This document shows, one piece after another, positions 40,154-49,089 of a stretch of 64,000 bases of DNA. Position 1 is the first letter of the stretch, and the number at the start of each line of letters is the position of its first letter. Location: assembly GCA_963976585.1 (NCBI GenBank), contig CAXBLS010000001.1, positions 1,787 to 65,786 of the forward strand. The letters run 5' to 3'. The notes under the pieces are model-generated. The model saw only the letters and a program-made list of their open reading frames with translations. It had not been told where the DNA came from and searched no databases. The stretch comes from an uncultured Kordiimonadaceae bacterium (GTDB lineage Bacteria; Pseudomonadota; Alphaproteobacteria; Sphingomonadales; Emcibacteraceae). The translations under genes and the position numbers were made by a program.

Positions 40154-41314
40154 CTAGATCTCACTCTTTTTGAATGGCGTAAGTTCTTTCAAATATTCGA
40201 TATCTCGTCCGACGGCTTTTCTTTCCTCGGCGAGATATTTTTTTATGGCATCCCTGAATGAGGGATTTACGATCCAGTGCATGCTGTTGGTTACTACCGG
40301 AACATAACCGCGAGAGAGTTTATGATCACCTTGGGCACCGGCCTCAACCTTGCTAAGGCCGTGCTGGATGGCAAAATCTATAGCCTGATAATAGCAAAGT
40401 TCAAAATGCAGAAATTTATGATACTCAGTTGCCCCCCAATAGCGGCCATATAAAACATTCCCCCCTATTAGATTAAGCGCACCGGCAATATAACGCCCAT
40501 CCCGTTTCGCCATTATCAGCAGTAGATTGTCTGGGATGTTTTCGCTTAAGCGCGAGAAAAATTCGCGGTTGAGATATGGCCTGCCCCATTTACGGTTGGC
40601 TGTATCAAGGTAAAATTCGAAATAGTGATCCCAGTGATCTTCGCTTATTTCAGTTGCCTGCACCCACTCAATTTCGATGTGGTTCTCATGGGTGCAGCGG
40701 CGTTCCTTTTGAATGTTTTTTCTCTTTCGCGACGAGAGTGCCTCTAAAAAATCGTTGAACGACCTATAGTCATCATTGATCCAGTGATATTGCTGATCCT
40801 TCCTGTTCAATAGATGATGTGACGTCATGACGTCAACATCATCCTGCTCAAGGAATGTGAAATGCAATGACGAAATTTGCAGTTCGTCAGCCAAATCTAT
40901 TGCAGCTTTTAGTAGTATCTCTTTTTGCGCAATATCTGATGTCAGCAAACGCGGACTAGTCACTGGGCTAAAGGGAATCGAAGATTGCAGCTTGGGATAA
41001 TAATGCCCGCCAGCCTGTTCGAAGGCGTTGGCCCAACCCTGATCAAAAACATATTCACCCTGTGAATGGCTTTTTAAATAAAGGGGAACAGCCCCCAACA
41101 AAGAAGCGTCTTCATCTTCCAATATGATATGTTGAGGCAGCCATCCGGTTCTTGCTGATGCGCAGCCACTTTCTTCAAGAGCAGCCAAAAAGCCGTGTGA
41201 GCAAAAGGGATTTAAACCCTCATCAGATAGTGTCGCACAGGTGTTCCAAGTGTCGGCTGGAATGTCATTGATATTTTCGATTATACGGGTTCGCATGCCT
41301 CTATAGCTGCTCAA
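40154..41314 (-). CDS. FemAB-like / DUF482 GNAT-fold N-acyltransferase family protein
   Basis: 386-aa ORF with NPFCSHGFLAALEESG, YYPKLQSSIPFSPV and GRYWG segments, which I recall from the PF04339-type family. Confidence 0.7.
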   Translation of the reverse strand: MSSYRGMRTRIIENINDIPADTWNTCATLSDEGLNPFCSHGFLAALEESGCASARTGWLPQHIILEDEDASLLGAVPLYLKSHSQGEYVFDQGWANAFEQAGGHYYPKLQSSIPFSPVTSPRLLTSDIAQKEILLKAAIDLADELQISSLHFTFLEQDDVDVMTSHHLLNRKDQQYHWINDDYRSFNDFLEALSSRKRKNIQKERRCTHENHIEIEWVQATEISEDHWDHYFEFYLDTANRKWGRPYLNREFFSRLSENIPDNLLLIMAKRDGRYIAGALNLIGGNVLYGRYWGATEYHKFLHFELCYYQAIDFAIQHGLSKVEAGAQGDHKLSRGYVPVVTNSMHWIVNPSFRDAIKKYLAEERKAVGRDIEYLKELTPFKKSEI

Positions 41315-42023
41315 AGATAATATTGTCAGTATTCTTGCGCGCTTTTTCCAGGTCCTGGTCAGATCGCACGGTCCATGTCAGCACTGGAATGTCACGATCG
41401 CGGCAATATTCAGTGACCTCATTGGGAAGCGCACGAATATCATAGGCGATAAAATCCGCGTCGAGCGTCTTTATAAGTTTTATTTGCTGAGTTGGATCAA
41501 AATAGGTGCTTGGCAGGCTGCCATCATCACGCGGTGTCGCAACCAGGCCGCGGGTGACATCCGGATGATGAACTTTAAAATATTCGATAATTTCAGGATA
41601 AAAAGACATCACTGCCACATCGCCGGTATAATCTTTAATACCTCGCCAAACTGCTTTGGCTATTTTAGAATAACTACCCTGATCGCCTTTGATCTCTATC
41701 AGGATAGGTTTTGCTCCTTTGGTTTGCTCAAGGACATCCTCTAGCATGGGGATCGTCTCATTGGTGCCAGTAAGTATTGTTTTGGAAAGCTCCATTGCTG
41801 TGTGGTTGATGGTTTTACCGTCCTGGCCGGTCAGGCGGTCTAGGGTAGCATCATGAATGACTACCGCGACATCATCGCTACTTAAAAGCACGTCAAGCTC
41901 AAAGCCATACCCAAGGTCCGTTGCTGCCTTGAAGGCCGATAGACTATTTTCAACAAACCCGGTTCGGGGGCCATGAAGCCCCCGATGGGCGAATGCGTCT
42001 GTCTTTAACCAATTATGAGCCAT
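41301..42023 (-). CDS. Glycerophosphodiester phosphodiesterase family protein
   Basis: GDPD motifs are present (FAHRGLHGP..ENSLSAF, GFELDV, IHDATLDR, EIK). I prefer the start at M19 of the track ORF (42023) because the longer form overlaps the upstream RidA gene. Confidence 0.85.
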   Translation of the reverse strand: MAHNWLKTDAFAHRGLHGPRTGFVENSLSAFKAATDLGYGFELDVLLSSDDVAVVIHDATLDRLTGQDGKTINHTAMELSKTILTGTNETIPMLEDVLEQTKGAKPILIEIKGDQGSYSKIAKAVWRGIKDYTGDVAVMSFYPEIIEYFKVHHPDVTRGLVATPRDDGSLPSTYFDPTQQIKLIKTLDADFIAYDIRALPNEVTEYCRDRDIPVLTWTVRSDQDLEKARKNTDNIIFEQL

Positions 42024-42036
42024 GAAAAATCGGCAC

Positions 42037-42507
42037 TCAAGAAACTTCGATAAGGGCGTCGATTTCAACTGGGACATTTAGCGGCAGGGCATTGGTCCCG
42101 ACGGCGGAACGTGAATGTTTTCCTTTATCGCCGAACACTTCGACCATCAGATCAGAAGCACCGTTAACAATCGCTGGCTGGCCCGGGAAGCTATCAACAC
42201 AGTTGACGAACGCACCAAGCTTAACGATGCGCACAACCCTGTCCAGATCGCCGTCAAGGGCCGCGTTCACTTGTGAAATGATATTGATAGCGCAAAGGCG
42301 GGCTGCGCTATTGGCGTCTTCTGCGGACACTTCCTGCCCAACTTTGCCGATGTAAGGAAGCTTGCCATCATTATCAAGCGGCAGTTGCCCCGATATGGAA
42401 ATAAGGTTTCCTGTCCTCACATAAGTGACATAGTTGGCAACCGGTGCCACTGGTGTTGGTAAGGTTACCCCTATTTTTTCCAAATTATCTTTTGGTGAAT
42501 TGCTCAT
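42037..42507 (-). CDS. RidA/YjgF-family protein (reactive intermediate deaminase fold)
   Basis: 156-aa ORF with YjgF-like layout and the C-terminal motif RSAVGTNALPLNVPVEIDALIEV. Confidence 0.85.
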   Translation of the reverse strand: MSNSPKDNLEKIGVTLPTPVAPVANYVTYVRTGNLISISGQLPLDNDGKLPYIGKVGQEVSAEDANSAARLCAINIISQVNAALDGDLDRVVRIVKLGAFVNCVDSFPGQPAIVNGASDLMVEVFGDKGKHSRSAVGTNALPLNVPVEIDALIEVS

Positions 42508-42580
42508 AATTTCTCCGTTTACTTATTATATAACGAAGATGAGATTACGCCTTTTTAAACCATAAGAAAAGAACATTGAG

Positions 42581-43291
42581 TTAGCTGATGCGATATTTAT
42601 TGCGGCTTTTCTGACGTTCGCGTTTGTTTTTATACATTGCCTTGTCTGCCACCTCAAAAACCTGTTCAAGTGTGCTGCTTTCATTAATAATCGCAAATCC
42701 CAAACTTGCTGATGTGTGCAGCTCATGGCCATCATGAATTACGGTTATTTTTCGCAGGTTGTGGCGAATGTATCCGGCTCGTTCCATGCCTTTTTCGATG
42801 TCGCATTTGGTCAGTAGGAGGCCAAACTCATCTCCGGAAAGGCGCGATGATGAATCGGTTTGACGAATTGAATCGTTGAGAATCACAGCGACTTGACGGA
42901 GCATTGCATCGCCAGCATTATGACCATGGGTATCATTGATCGGTTTAAACCTATCCAGATCAATAAACGCAAACAGGCTTTGTTCGCCGTAACGTTTTGC
43001 CCGGGCAATAGCGTGGACAATTTCATTTTCAAAGCCGGCTCGATTTAGGAGCCCGGTCAACATATCAGTGGCGGCGAGGGATTCCAGATTTGAAATATAT
43101 TGTTTCTGCTCTGCTATGGTTTGCTCGGCAGCGGCTGCATAGTCAAGGATTTCGGATAGTGCCTTCCAATTCTTTAGTGTAAGGCCGTCGGCTGACTGAT
43201 GGAATTTTTTGATCAGTTCTGTCGCTTTCTCACTGACTTTAAAGTTTGTTTTCTCAAGCTGATAATCCTGACTATAAGGTAATATATTCAT
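42581..43291 (-). CDS. GGDEF-domain diguanylate cyclase with variant SGDEF active site and RxxD I-site
   Basis: 236-aa ORF with DMLTGLLNR, DLDRFKPINDTHGH and RQTDSSSRLSGDEF. Only a roughly 70-aa coiled-coil-like N-terminus precedes the domain. Confidence 0.88.
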   Translation of the reverse strand: MNILPYSQDYQLEKTNFKVSEKATELIKKFHQSADGLTLKNWKALSEILDYAAAAEQTIAEQKQYISNLESLAATDMLTGLLNRAGFENEIVHAIARAKRYGEQSLFAFIDLDRFKPINDTHGHNAGDAMLRQVAVILNDSIRQTDSSSRLSGDEFGLLLTKCDIEKGMERAGYIRHNLRKITVIHDGHELHTSASLGFAIINESSTLEQVFEVADKAMYKNKRERQKSRNKYRIS

Positions 43292-43563
43292 GGTACGTCC
43301 TCTTCATTAATAAACTACGAGAAAACTATGCAAATCCTGTGCCAGAAGTTAATGCCTTGAAATATAACAATTATATATGGTTTTCTCTACCGATTTTGGT
43401 GTGCTGGTAGAAATTGCCCTGAAACACTAGGTAAATGCGCCTCAATCATGGTTAATGACAAGTTACTGATTACAGACATTGAATGGCTCACGGGTATTTG
43501 ATTTGACTTATCTGACGCGCCACTTAGACTATTTTCAAACTCAACATAACTGGGAGATGTGAC

Positions 43564-44328
43564 ATGGCGCAAAATTCAACTAGTGAGTTGCCCATTGACG
43601 AAGAAGTAGAAGTATCATCAGGACTGTTTGTCGAGCGACGTTCGTTTATGGCCATATTTGCGGGGATGGCTCTTACGATGATGTCGGATTTGAAAGCGCG
43701 AGCGGCTATTGAAGAAATTGCCGATAACAACATATCATTTGATCAATTTTTAGCAGAGGCAAATCCGCTGGCGCAAAAATTAATCGGCGATACGTCATTA
43801 TCCGGTCAGGACCGATATTTGCGGTCAATTGCAGCGCTTACAGCCAAACTACAAGGTGTCCCACTTCCCAACAAATACAATAATACTACTCAGGGTGTCA
43901 GACCGGAAGATTACCGAATTGGCGTTAATCCAGGGGGCAATCCATTTACGGTACTGCACTGGAGATTGGAACCGGGAGCCATATGCCGGCCACATGTTCA
44001 TGAATACGGAAATGTTATATCAGTCGGCATTGAAGGATTAGTGCGAGTGAGCAATTATGTATCAACCGATGGTTTTGATTATGAAAACAGTGGAACGTTT
44101 CAAGTAAAAAAAATAGTCGATCAATTGCTCACGCCCGGTTCAGCAAATCTGGTGTCTCTTGATATGATCCACGGTTTTCAAGCGGGGCCGGACGGGGCGC
44201 GAGGATTGGATATTACAACCCGACTCAAGCCAAAACCGGAACGCAGCACACCATTTCTTTCGATCGCCGAAACACCAGCAGATGAGAGTATGGGAACTTA
44301 CGACGCATCGTGGGCGTATGGTTCTTAA
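43564..44328 (+). CDS. Hypothetical exported protein with Tat-type signal and possible cupin fold
   Basis: 254-aa ORF. The twin-arginine context ERRSFMAIFAGMALTMM is followed by ARA. A His-rich beta-strand-like segment (CRPHVHEYGNVISVGIEG) suggests a cupin. No family was recognised with certainty. Confidence 0.5.
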   Translation: MAQNSTSELPIDEEVEVSSGLFVERRSFMAIFAGMALTMMSDLKARAAIEEIADNNISFDQFLAEANPLAQKLIGDTSLSGQDRYLRSIAALTAKLQGVPLPNKYNNTTQGVRPEDYRIGVNPGGNPFTVLHWRLEPGAICRPHVHEYGNVISVGIEGLVRVSNYVSTDGFDYENSGTFQVKKIVDQLLTPGSANLVSLDMIHGFQAGPDGARGLDITTRLKPKPERSTPFLSIAETPADESMGTYDASWAYGS

Positions 44329-44367
44329 TAATAAGAACTTCCAAATTAACCAATGGATATTCAATTA

Positions 44368-44393
44368 GTCTGAAGCGAGCGCTCGCTTCAGAC
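44368..44393. repeat. Perfect 26-nt palindrome GTCTGAAGCGAGCGCTCGCTTCAGAC (possible terminator hairpin)
   Basis: Read directly. It lies 40 nt after the stop of the 43564-44328 gene, has no loop and is not followed by a T tract. Confidence 0.6.
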
Positions 44394-44497
44394 ATAATGC
44401 CTCATTGTGAAATAGAGATCGAAGTCATATTCAGTTTGTATTCATATTGGTGGTGTAACAATTGAGGCAATTGATGATATTAGAGATGAGAAATCAA

Positions 44498-44791
44498 ATG
44501 AAAATTAAATTGAAGAATTTCGCTATTTTTTTTGTATTAAGCCTGACCGCATGCGGGGGTGGCTTTTCAGGTGAATATCGAGCCCTCCAAGGTGCAGTTA
44601 CAATGGATTTTAGATCTGATGGCAGAGTGACCCAATCAATGATTGGCAATAATTTTGCTGAATTTGATTTTGAAAAAGAGGGCGACGAGATTAAAATATA
44701 CGTTGCACCGGGCCTCGCACAAATTTACAAAATACAAAGTGATGATGTGCTTGTCGGCCCAGGCGGAGTTACGCTGGTCAAAAGACGTTAA
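44498..44791 (+). CDS. Small lipoprotein, hypothetical
   Basis: N-terminus MKIKLKNFAIFFVLSLTACGG with a lipobox. The track ORF begins at TTG 44462, and ATG 44498 gives a canonical signal length. Confidence 0.55.
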   Translation: MKIKLKNFAIFFVLSLTACGGGFSGEYRALQGAVTMDFRSDGRVTQSMIGNNFAEFDFEKEGDEIKIYVAPGLAQIYKIQSDDVLVGPGGVTLVKRR

Positions 44792-44972
44792 GGTGCCATC
44801 TTCCAATCATTAGACTTGGATAAAATATTTTCTATAGAAAGAGTTTGTTAAACGGCGCTCCTGCTTTGAAGCAGTCTATTCAGAGTTTCCTGGAATAGTT
44901 TGTTGACATCAGGAAGAAGGGCGTATATTTATCTCCAATATGAATGACTGGTCGGTCAGTTAAAAAGGCGAG

Positions 44973-45539
44973 ATGCGCTCCATGAGACAAAAACACGGAA
45001 AAGATAAAATATTAAAAGCGGCATTAAAACTGTTTGCTGAAAATGGTTATCACCGAACGTCTATCAGCCAAATAGCGGCTGCGGCGGACGTGTCAAAGGG
45101 ACTAACTTATAATTATTTCGACAGCAAAGAAGAATTGCTGCTCGCTATTATTGATCGGGCAAGCGGTGAAATGTCAAATGTGGCCAACGAAATGGACGGT
45201 GAAGCGAGCTACCAGGAAACGCTTAGTCATTTTCTAGGTCAATATATTTCATTTTTAAAAGAGAATAGAGAGTATCTCACGTTTCAATTGAGCTTAATGT
45301 TTCAGCCGGATCTACGAAAAATAGTAGAGGCGCCATTACAAAAACGCGCAAATCATTTGTTAAATCAAACCATTGTCATGTTTAAGAAAGCAAAGGTGAG
45401 AAAAGCCAAACTTGTCGCCCGTCGTTTCCTTGCTGAACTTGATGGAATCGCACTTCATGAACTTGCTATCTTTAAAGATTACCCACTTGAAGATATGCAA
45501 AATCTATTATTTAAAAATTATAAGGACTTACAAGAATGA
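44973..45539 (+). CDS. TetR/AcrR-family transcriptional regulator
   Basis: 188-aa ORF with N-terminal helix-turn-helix ILKAALKLFAENGYHRTSISQIAAAADVSKGLTYNYFDSKEEL. Confidence 0.9.
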   Translation: MRSMRQKHGKDKILKAALKLFAENGYHRTSISQIAAAADVSKGLTYNYFDSKEELLLAIIDRASGEMSNVANEMDGEASYQETLSHFLGQYISFLKENREYLTFQLSLMFQPDLRKIVEAPLQKRANHLLNQTIVMFKKAKVRKAKLVARRFLAELDGIALHELAIFKDYPLEDMQNLLFKNYKDLQE

Positions 45540-46333
45540 GCGACCATAAAATACAAAAATCCACTGCCGAGGAGCTCTCATCCTTGAAGCAAGACTATCT
45601 GGGTGGATTGATTGCACCCATAGACGGTATGTGGGCGTCTTTCGTCTCTATGGCCGATCACTACGCAATTATGTGTGGCGAGGACGTCGTTGGCTATACC
45701 GCTATAAATGAAGAACAGATAATGCTCAGATTTTATGTAAAAAAGGGCCATGATCAAGCGGCAGTGTTTGCTCAAATAATTGATGAGCTGTCTGTTAAGG
45801 GTGCGGTGGTTGCCACCCAGGAGATTGCGTATCTATCCCTTTGTATGGACAATCAGAAATCTATCTCGGTCAATGCGCTTCTTTATCGCTGTAATCCTGA
45901 TACCGAAATAGAGGTGGTAAAATTTCCAGACGGTTTGGATTTCAGAGGCATCACCACGGAAGAACTTCAAACGGCAATTGATTTCGCGGTCGCCGCCATT
46001 GGCGCCCCGGAAGACTGGTTACGGGGGTATTATTCTGAACGCATTGCGGACGAAGAATTGTTCGGATTGTGGCGCGGCGAAATTCTGATTGCTACTGGCG
46101 AGTGCCGCCCGAGCGCTGACCAAAAACCCTATGCCGATTTAGGAATGGTGGTGTCAGCCGATTGTCGCGGGCAAGGACTCGCGACGGCCATCCTTCGGGA
46201 AATGCTGAATGATTGTCGGGATAGAGCATTAAGTCCCATTTGTTCTACTGAAAGCACAAATGTAGCCGCCCGTAAAGCTATCACCAATGCCGGGTTTAAA
46301 AGTCAGACAAGAATATTGGAGGTCGGCTTCTAA
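45536..46333 (+). CDS. GNAT-family N-acetyltransferase (two-lobed)
   Basis: 265-aa ORF whose C-terminal lobe carries the acetyl-CoA motif VSADCRGQGLATAILREML...NVAARKAITNAGF. ATGA overlap with the TetR gene. Confidence 0.75.
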   Translation: MSDHKIQKSTAEELSSLKQDYLGGLIAPIDGMWASFVSMADHYAIMCGEDVVGYTAINEEQIMLRFYVKKGHDQAAVFAQIIDELSVKGAVVATQEIAYLSLCMDNQKSISVNALLYRCNPDTEIEVVKFPDGLDFRGITTEELQTAIDFAVAAIGAPEDWLRGYYSERIADEELFGLWRGEILIATGECRPSADQKPYADLGMVVSADCRGQGLATAILREMLNDCRDRALSPICSTESTNVAARKAITNAGFKSQTRILEVGF

Positions 46334-46350
46334 GCTCGCCTCTCGCTTTC

Positions 46351-47418
46351 TTATTCTACTTTTATGTGACTTAACATCACCAGCGGTTCACCCTTTGTGA
46401 CCGGTGGCGTGATGATGACATAGTTGATGACGCCGGCAAAAGGGGCTGTAATCTCTGCAATTGGAGTGCCAAAAAAGTCCACCAAGTGACCAAGTGTACC
46501 TCCTTTGGCGACAATGTAACCATCACGTACTTCTGGCTTGAAAATTCCCGTATCCGGGCTGGTAACAACCGTATAATCTTCCAACCACACTGGGGGCGAG
46601 AATGTCTGTACTTCACCAGGAAGTATTTTTAGGTGACGAAGCAAGTTATTGATACCTTTGATGTTCTTATCAACCCAGTGGGCATCGGTTGAACCTGCTC
46701 CGCCAATTTCTGTTGTCATTGCTGGAATGCCACGGGATAGGGCCGTCATATCGGTAAATGTTGAGCTTTCTGGCGCCGTCACAGGAGTGCGATCAATTAT
46801 TATATGATCTATGCCAAAAGAAAGGGCCATTTCTTTTATGGTCGTATCCAGATCCTGATTGCCTGTGTGAGGCATGTATATGTAAGGCCGTAGCGCTTCA
46901 TTACCGTCACCACTATGCATATCAACCAGATAATCAGATTGCTCTATGATTTCAGTGGTGATGGCATGGGTAATACGTTCAGTGATGCTGCCTTGTTCAT
47001 CGCCGGGATAGGCGCGGTTCAAGTTTTTTTTATCCACCGGGCTATAATAGATAGTGCGGCCAAGAAAAGACGGCATATTTGCCACATGGACAATAATGAT
47101 ATTCCCGCTAAGGCTCATTGGGTCAATCTGCTGCGCCACGTTCTGGAGCGCAATAATCGGCGCATATTCATAGCCGTGGGTACCGCCGATCAGGCTAATT
47201 GTTGGGCCAGTTCTCTGTCCGTTGAATATGGTTACAGGGATACGTGTCGTCTGATCATTCCCCGCTTCAATTTCAATAAAACCAGAGACTTTTGTCCCTG
47301 TTGTGGCGATAATAGCACCCACCTTTAGAGAGGTACCATCCTTGGTTGCAGCATGGCTTAAGGTTGCCCAATTACATAAAAATAATAGTATTATCGCCAG
47401 TTTTTGAAAATAGGTCAT
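46351..47418 (-). CDS. Exported succinylglutamate desuccinylase/aspartoacylase-family (M14-like) zinc hydrolase
   Basis: 355-aa ORF with signal-like N-terminus LLFLCNWATLSHA. AstE/AspA-type motifs are present (GGTHGYEYAPI, DMHSGD). Confidence 0.75.
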   Translation of the reverse strand: MTYFQKLAIILLFLCNWATLSHAATKDGTSLKVGAIIATTGTKVSGFIEIEAGNDQTTRIPVTIFNGQRTGPTISLIGGTHGYEYAPIIALQNVAQQIDPMSLSGNIIIVHVANMPSFLGRTIYYSPVDKKNLNRAYPGDEQGSITERITHAITTEIIEQSDYLVDMHSGDGNEALRPYIYMPHTGNQDLDTTIKEMALSFGIDHIIIDRTPVTAPESSTFTDMTALSRGIPAMTTEIGGAGSTDAHWVDKNIKGINNLLRHLKILPGEVQTFSPPVWLEDYTVVTSPDTGIFKPEVRDGYIVAKGGTLGHLVDFFGTPIAEITAPFAGVINYVIITPPVTKGEPLVMLSHIKVE

Positions 47419-47430
47419 GGAGATTACATC

Positions 47431-49041
47431 CTATTCTATTCTTGGTGTGTTGGCTATCGCCAGTGGTTTATCCGGGTTTATTCCCGCGGCGATTTTTGCG
47501 TCCCGAACCATGTCCCGCACATCTGCTCGAAGTTTGAATGCATCATAGACAATGCCGTCTTTGATGGTCCAGCGGACGCCGCCAACTCGTTCAACTAGAC
47601 CGGTATCATCATTGAGCTTCACCGCACCAGTGCCATAAAGTACTTTAAAATTATGTAGTGGATTTTCATCGACTATGGCGAGGTCGGCTTTTTTGCCCAC
47701 CTGAAGACTACCAATTTTATCTTCCATTTTAAGCTCTTCAGCATTGATCAGGGTCGCCGAGCGGATGACCTCAAGCGGATGAAAGCCAGCTTCCTGAAGT
47801 AACTCAAACTCCTGAATATAGGCAAAACCGTAAAGGCTATAGATAAAACCTGTATCAGAACCAACACCGACTTTTCCGCCTTTGTTTTTATACTCATTTA
47901 TGAATTGCATCCATAGTTTATAGTTTCGCTTCCACTCCACTTCATGTTGGGTGGTCCAGTAAAACCAGTAAGAACCGTGAGCGACCGGGCTAGGGCGGTA
48001 AAAATCCCACAGTGCAGGTAGCGTATATTCATCATGCCATAGCGCACGGCTCGTGCGCATAAGATCACGTGACGCTACATAGATTGTAAAGGTCGGGTTC
48101 AAGGCAAAATCGCGATCGAGAAGCGTCTGCATGACCTCGTTCCATTTGTCGGATCCTGGTTTTGCTGCCTGTTCCCAAAGTTTTCCCGCTTCGCCAAAAC
48201 GGTCCATTTCATCTGTGTAAATATAATCTGATGGATAATCTTGTATCAGACGATCTTCAAACAGCGCCTCAGGAAGGCCGTACCAATGTTCCATGCTGTC
48301 AAGGCCGCGAGCAGATGTTTCAAGCACGTTGGCATGCGTTACATCGGGTTGGGCATGGTGCATCGTGGTTTCCAGACCGATTTTTTCCGCTTCATCAAGC
48401 GCGGCCCAAAGTATTTCTTTCGGCGCGCCGAAAAACTTGATGCCATCGCCGCCATTATTTTTAATTTCACGTACCCGTTTACGGGCTGCGTCTACGCTGT
48501 CGATGCCGTTAAACTGCGGAAAAGCGATAATGCGCGGCGCGGTGATTTCGTTTTTTGCGCTGCGCTTCTTAAGGCCGATAATGCGTTTATCACCGCCGGA
48601 ACCAACACTTCTGACGGTGGTGATGCCATGTCCAAGCAGAAGTTTGAAAATATATTCCGGTGGAACATTCTGACCAGAATTCATTGAATGAATATGGGAA
48701 TGGATGTTGATAAACCCAGGCAGGATATATTTACCGGTCACATCAATTTCGCGGTCTCCCGGTGCCGGGCGGCGATCAGGATTAATCGGTCTACCTGGGG
48801 TGCCAACCACTTTTATCTGGGTGATCACATCATTTTCGATGACAATATCGGCGGGACCGTAAGCAGGGGCGCCGGTGCCATCGATTATATATCCACCGCG
48901 CAGTACCAATCGTTCAAACTGGCCTTCGCCCTCGGCACGGTCAGGAACTTCATTTTCCTGAGCAATTAGCGTTTGAACATTCAAGATGGCTAAAGCGGCC
49001 AATAGGCCAGCGATTTTCGATAACTGCATTAGTATTCCCAT
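47431..49041 (-). CDS. Exported amidohydrolase-superfamily protein
   Basis: 536-aa ORF with signal-like N-terminus (LLAALAILNVQTLIAQE), metal motif FINIHSHIHS and a C-terminal GSLQVGKKADLAIVD segment typical of the family. Confidence 0.8.
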   Translation of the reverse strand: MGILMQLSKIAGLLAALAILNVQTLIAQENEVPDRAEGEGQFERLVLRGGYIIDGTGAPAYGPADIVIENDVITQIKVVGTPGRPINPDRRPAPGDREIDVTGKYILPGFINIHSHIHSMNSGQNVPPEYIFKLLLGHGITTVRSVGSGGDKRIIGLKKRSAKNEITAPRIIAFPQFNGIDSVDAARKRVREIKNNGGDGIKFFGAPKEILWAALDEAEKIGLETTMHHAQPDVTHANVLETSARGLDSMEHWYGLPEALFEDRLIQDYPSDYIYTDEMDRFGEAGKLWEQAAKPGSDKWNEVMQTLLDRDFALNPTFTIYVASRDLMRTSRALWHDEYTLPALWDFYRPSPVAHGSYWFYWTTQHEVEWKRNYKLWMQFINEYKNKGGKVGVGSDTGFIYSLYGFAYIQEFELLQEAGFHPLEVIRSATLINAEELKMEDKIGSLQVGKKADLAIVDENPLHNFKVLYGTGAVKLNDDTGLVERVGGVRWTIKDGIVYDAFKLRADVRDMVRDAKIAAGINPDKPLAIANTPRIE

Positions 49042-49089
49042 TTCATCATTTGTTATTTTCGTTAATTATGTCATGACGCCGGCTTGCTG

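Noticed and set aside
43292-43563. 272-nt gap with small ORFs (43387-43572 and 43524-43733 on the minus strand, plus several 6-17-codon plus-strand ORFs).
   Set aside because: None has a Shine-Dalgarno sequence, a recognisable motif or coding-like composition. I treat the region as a promoter or 5' region of the flanking divergent genes.
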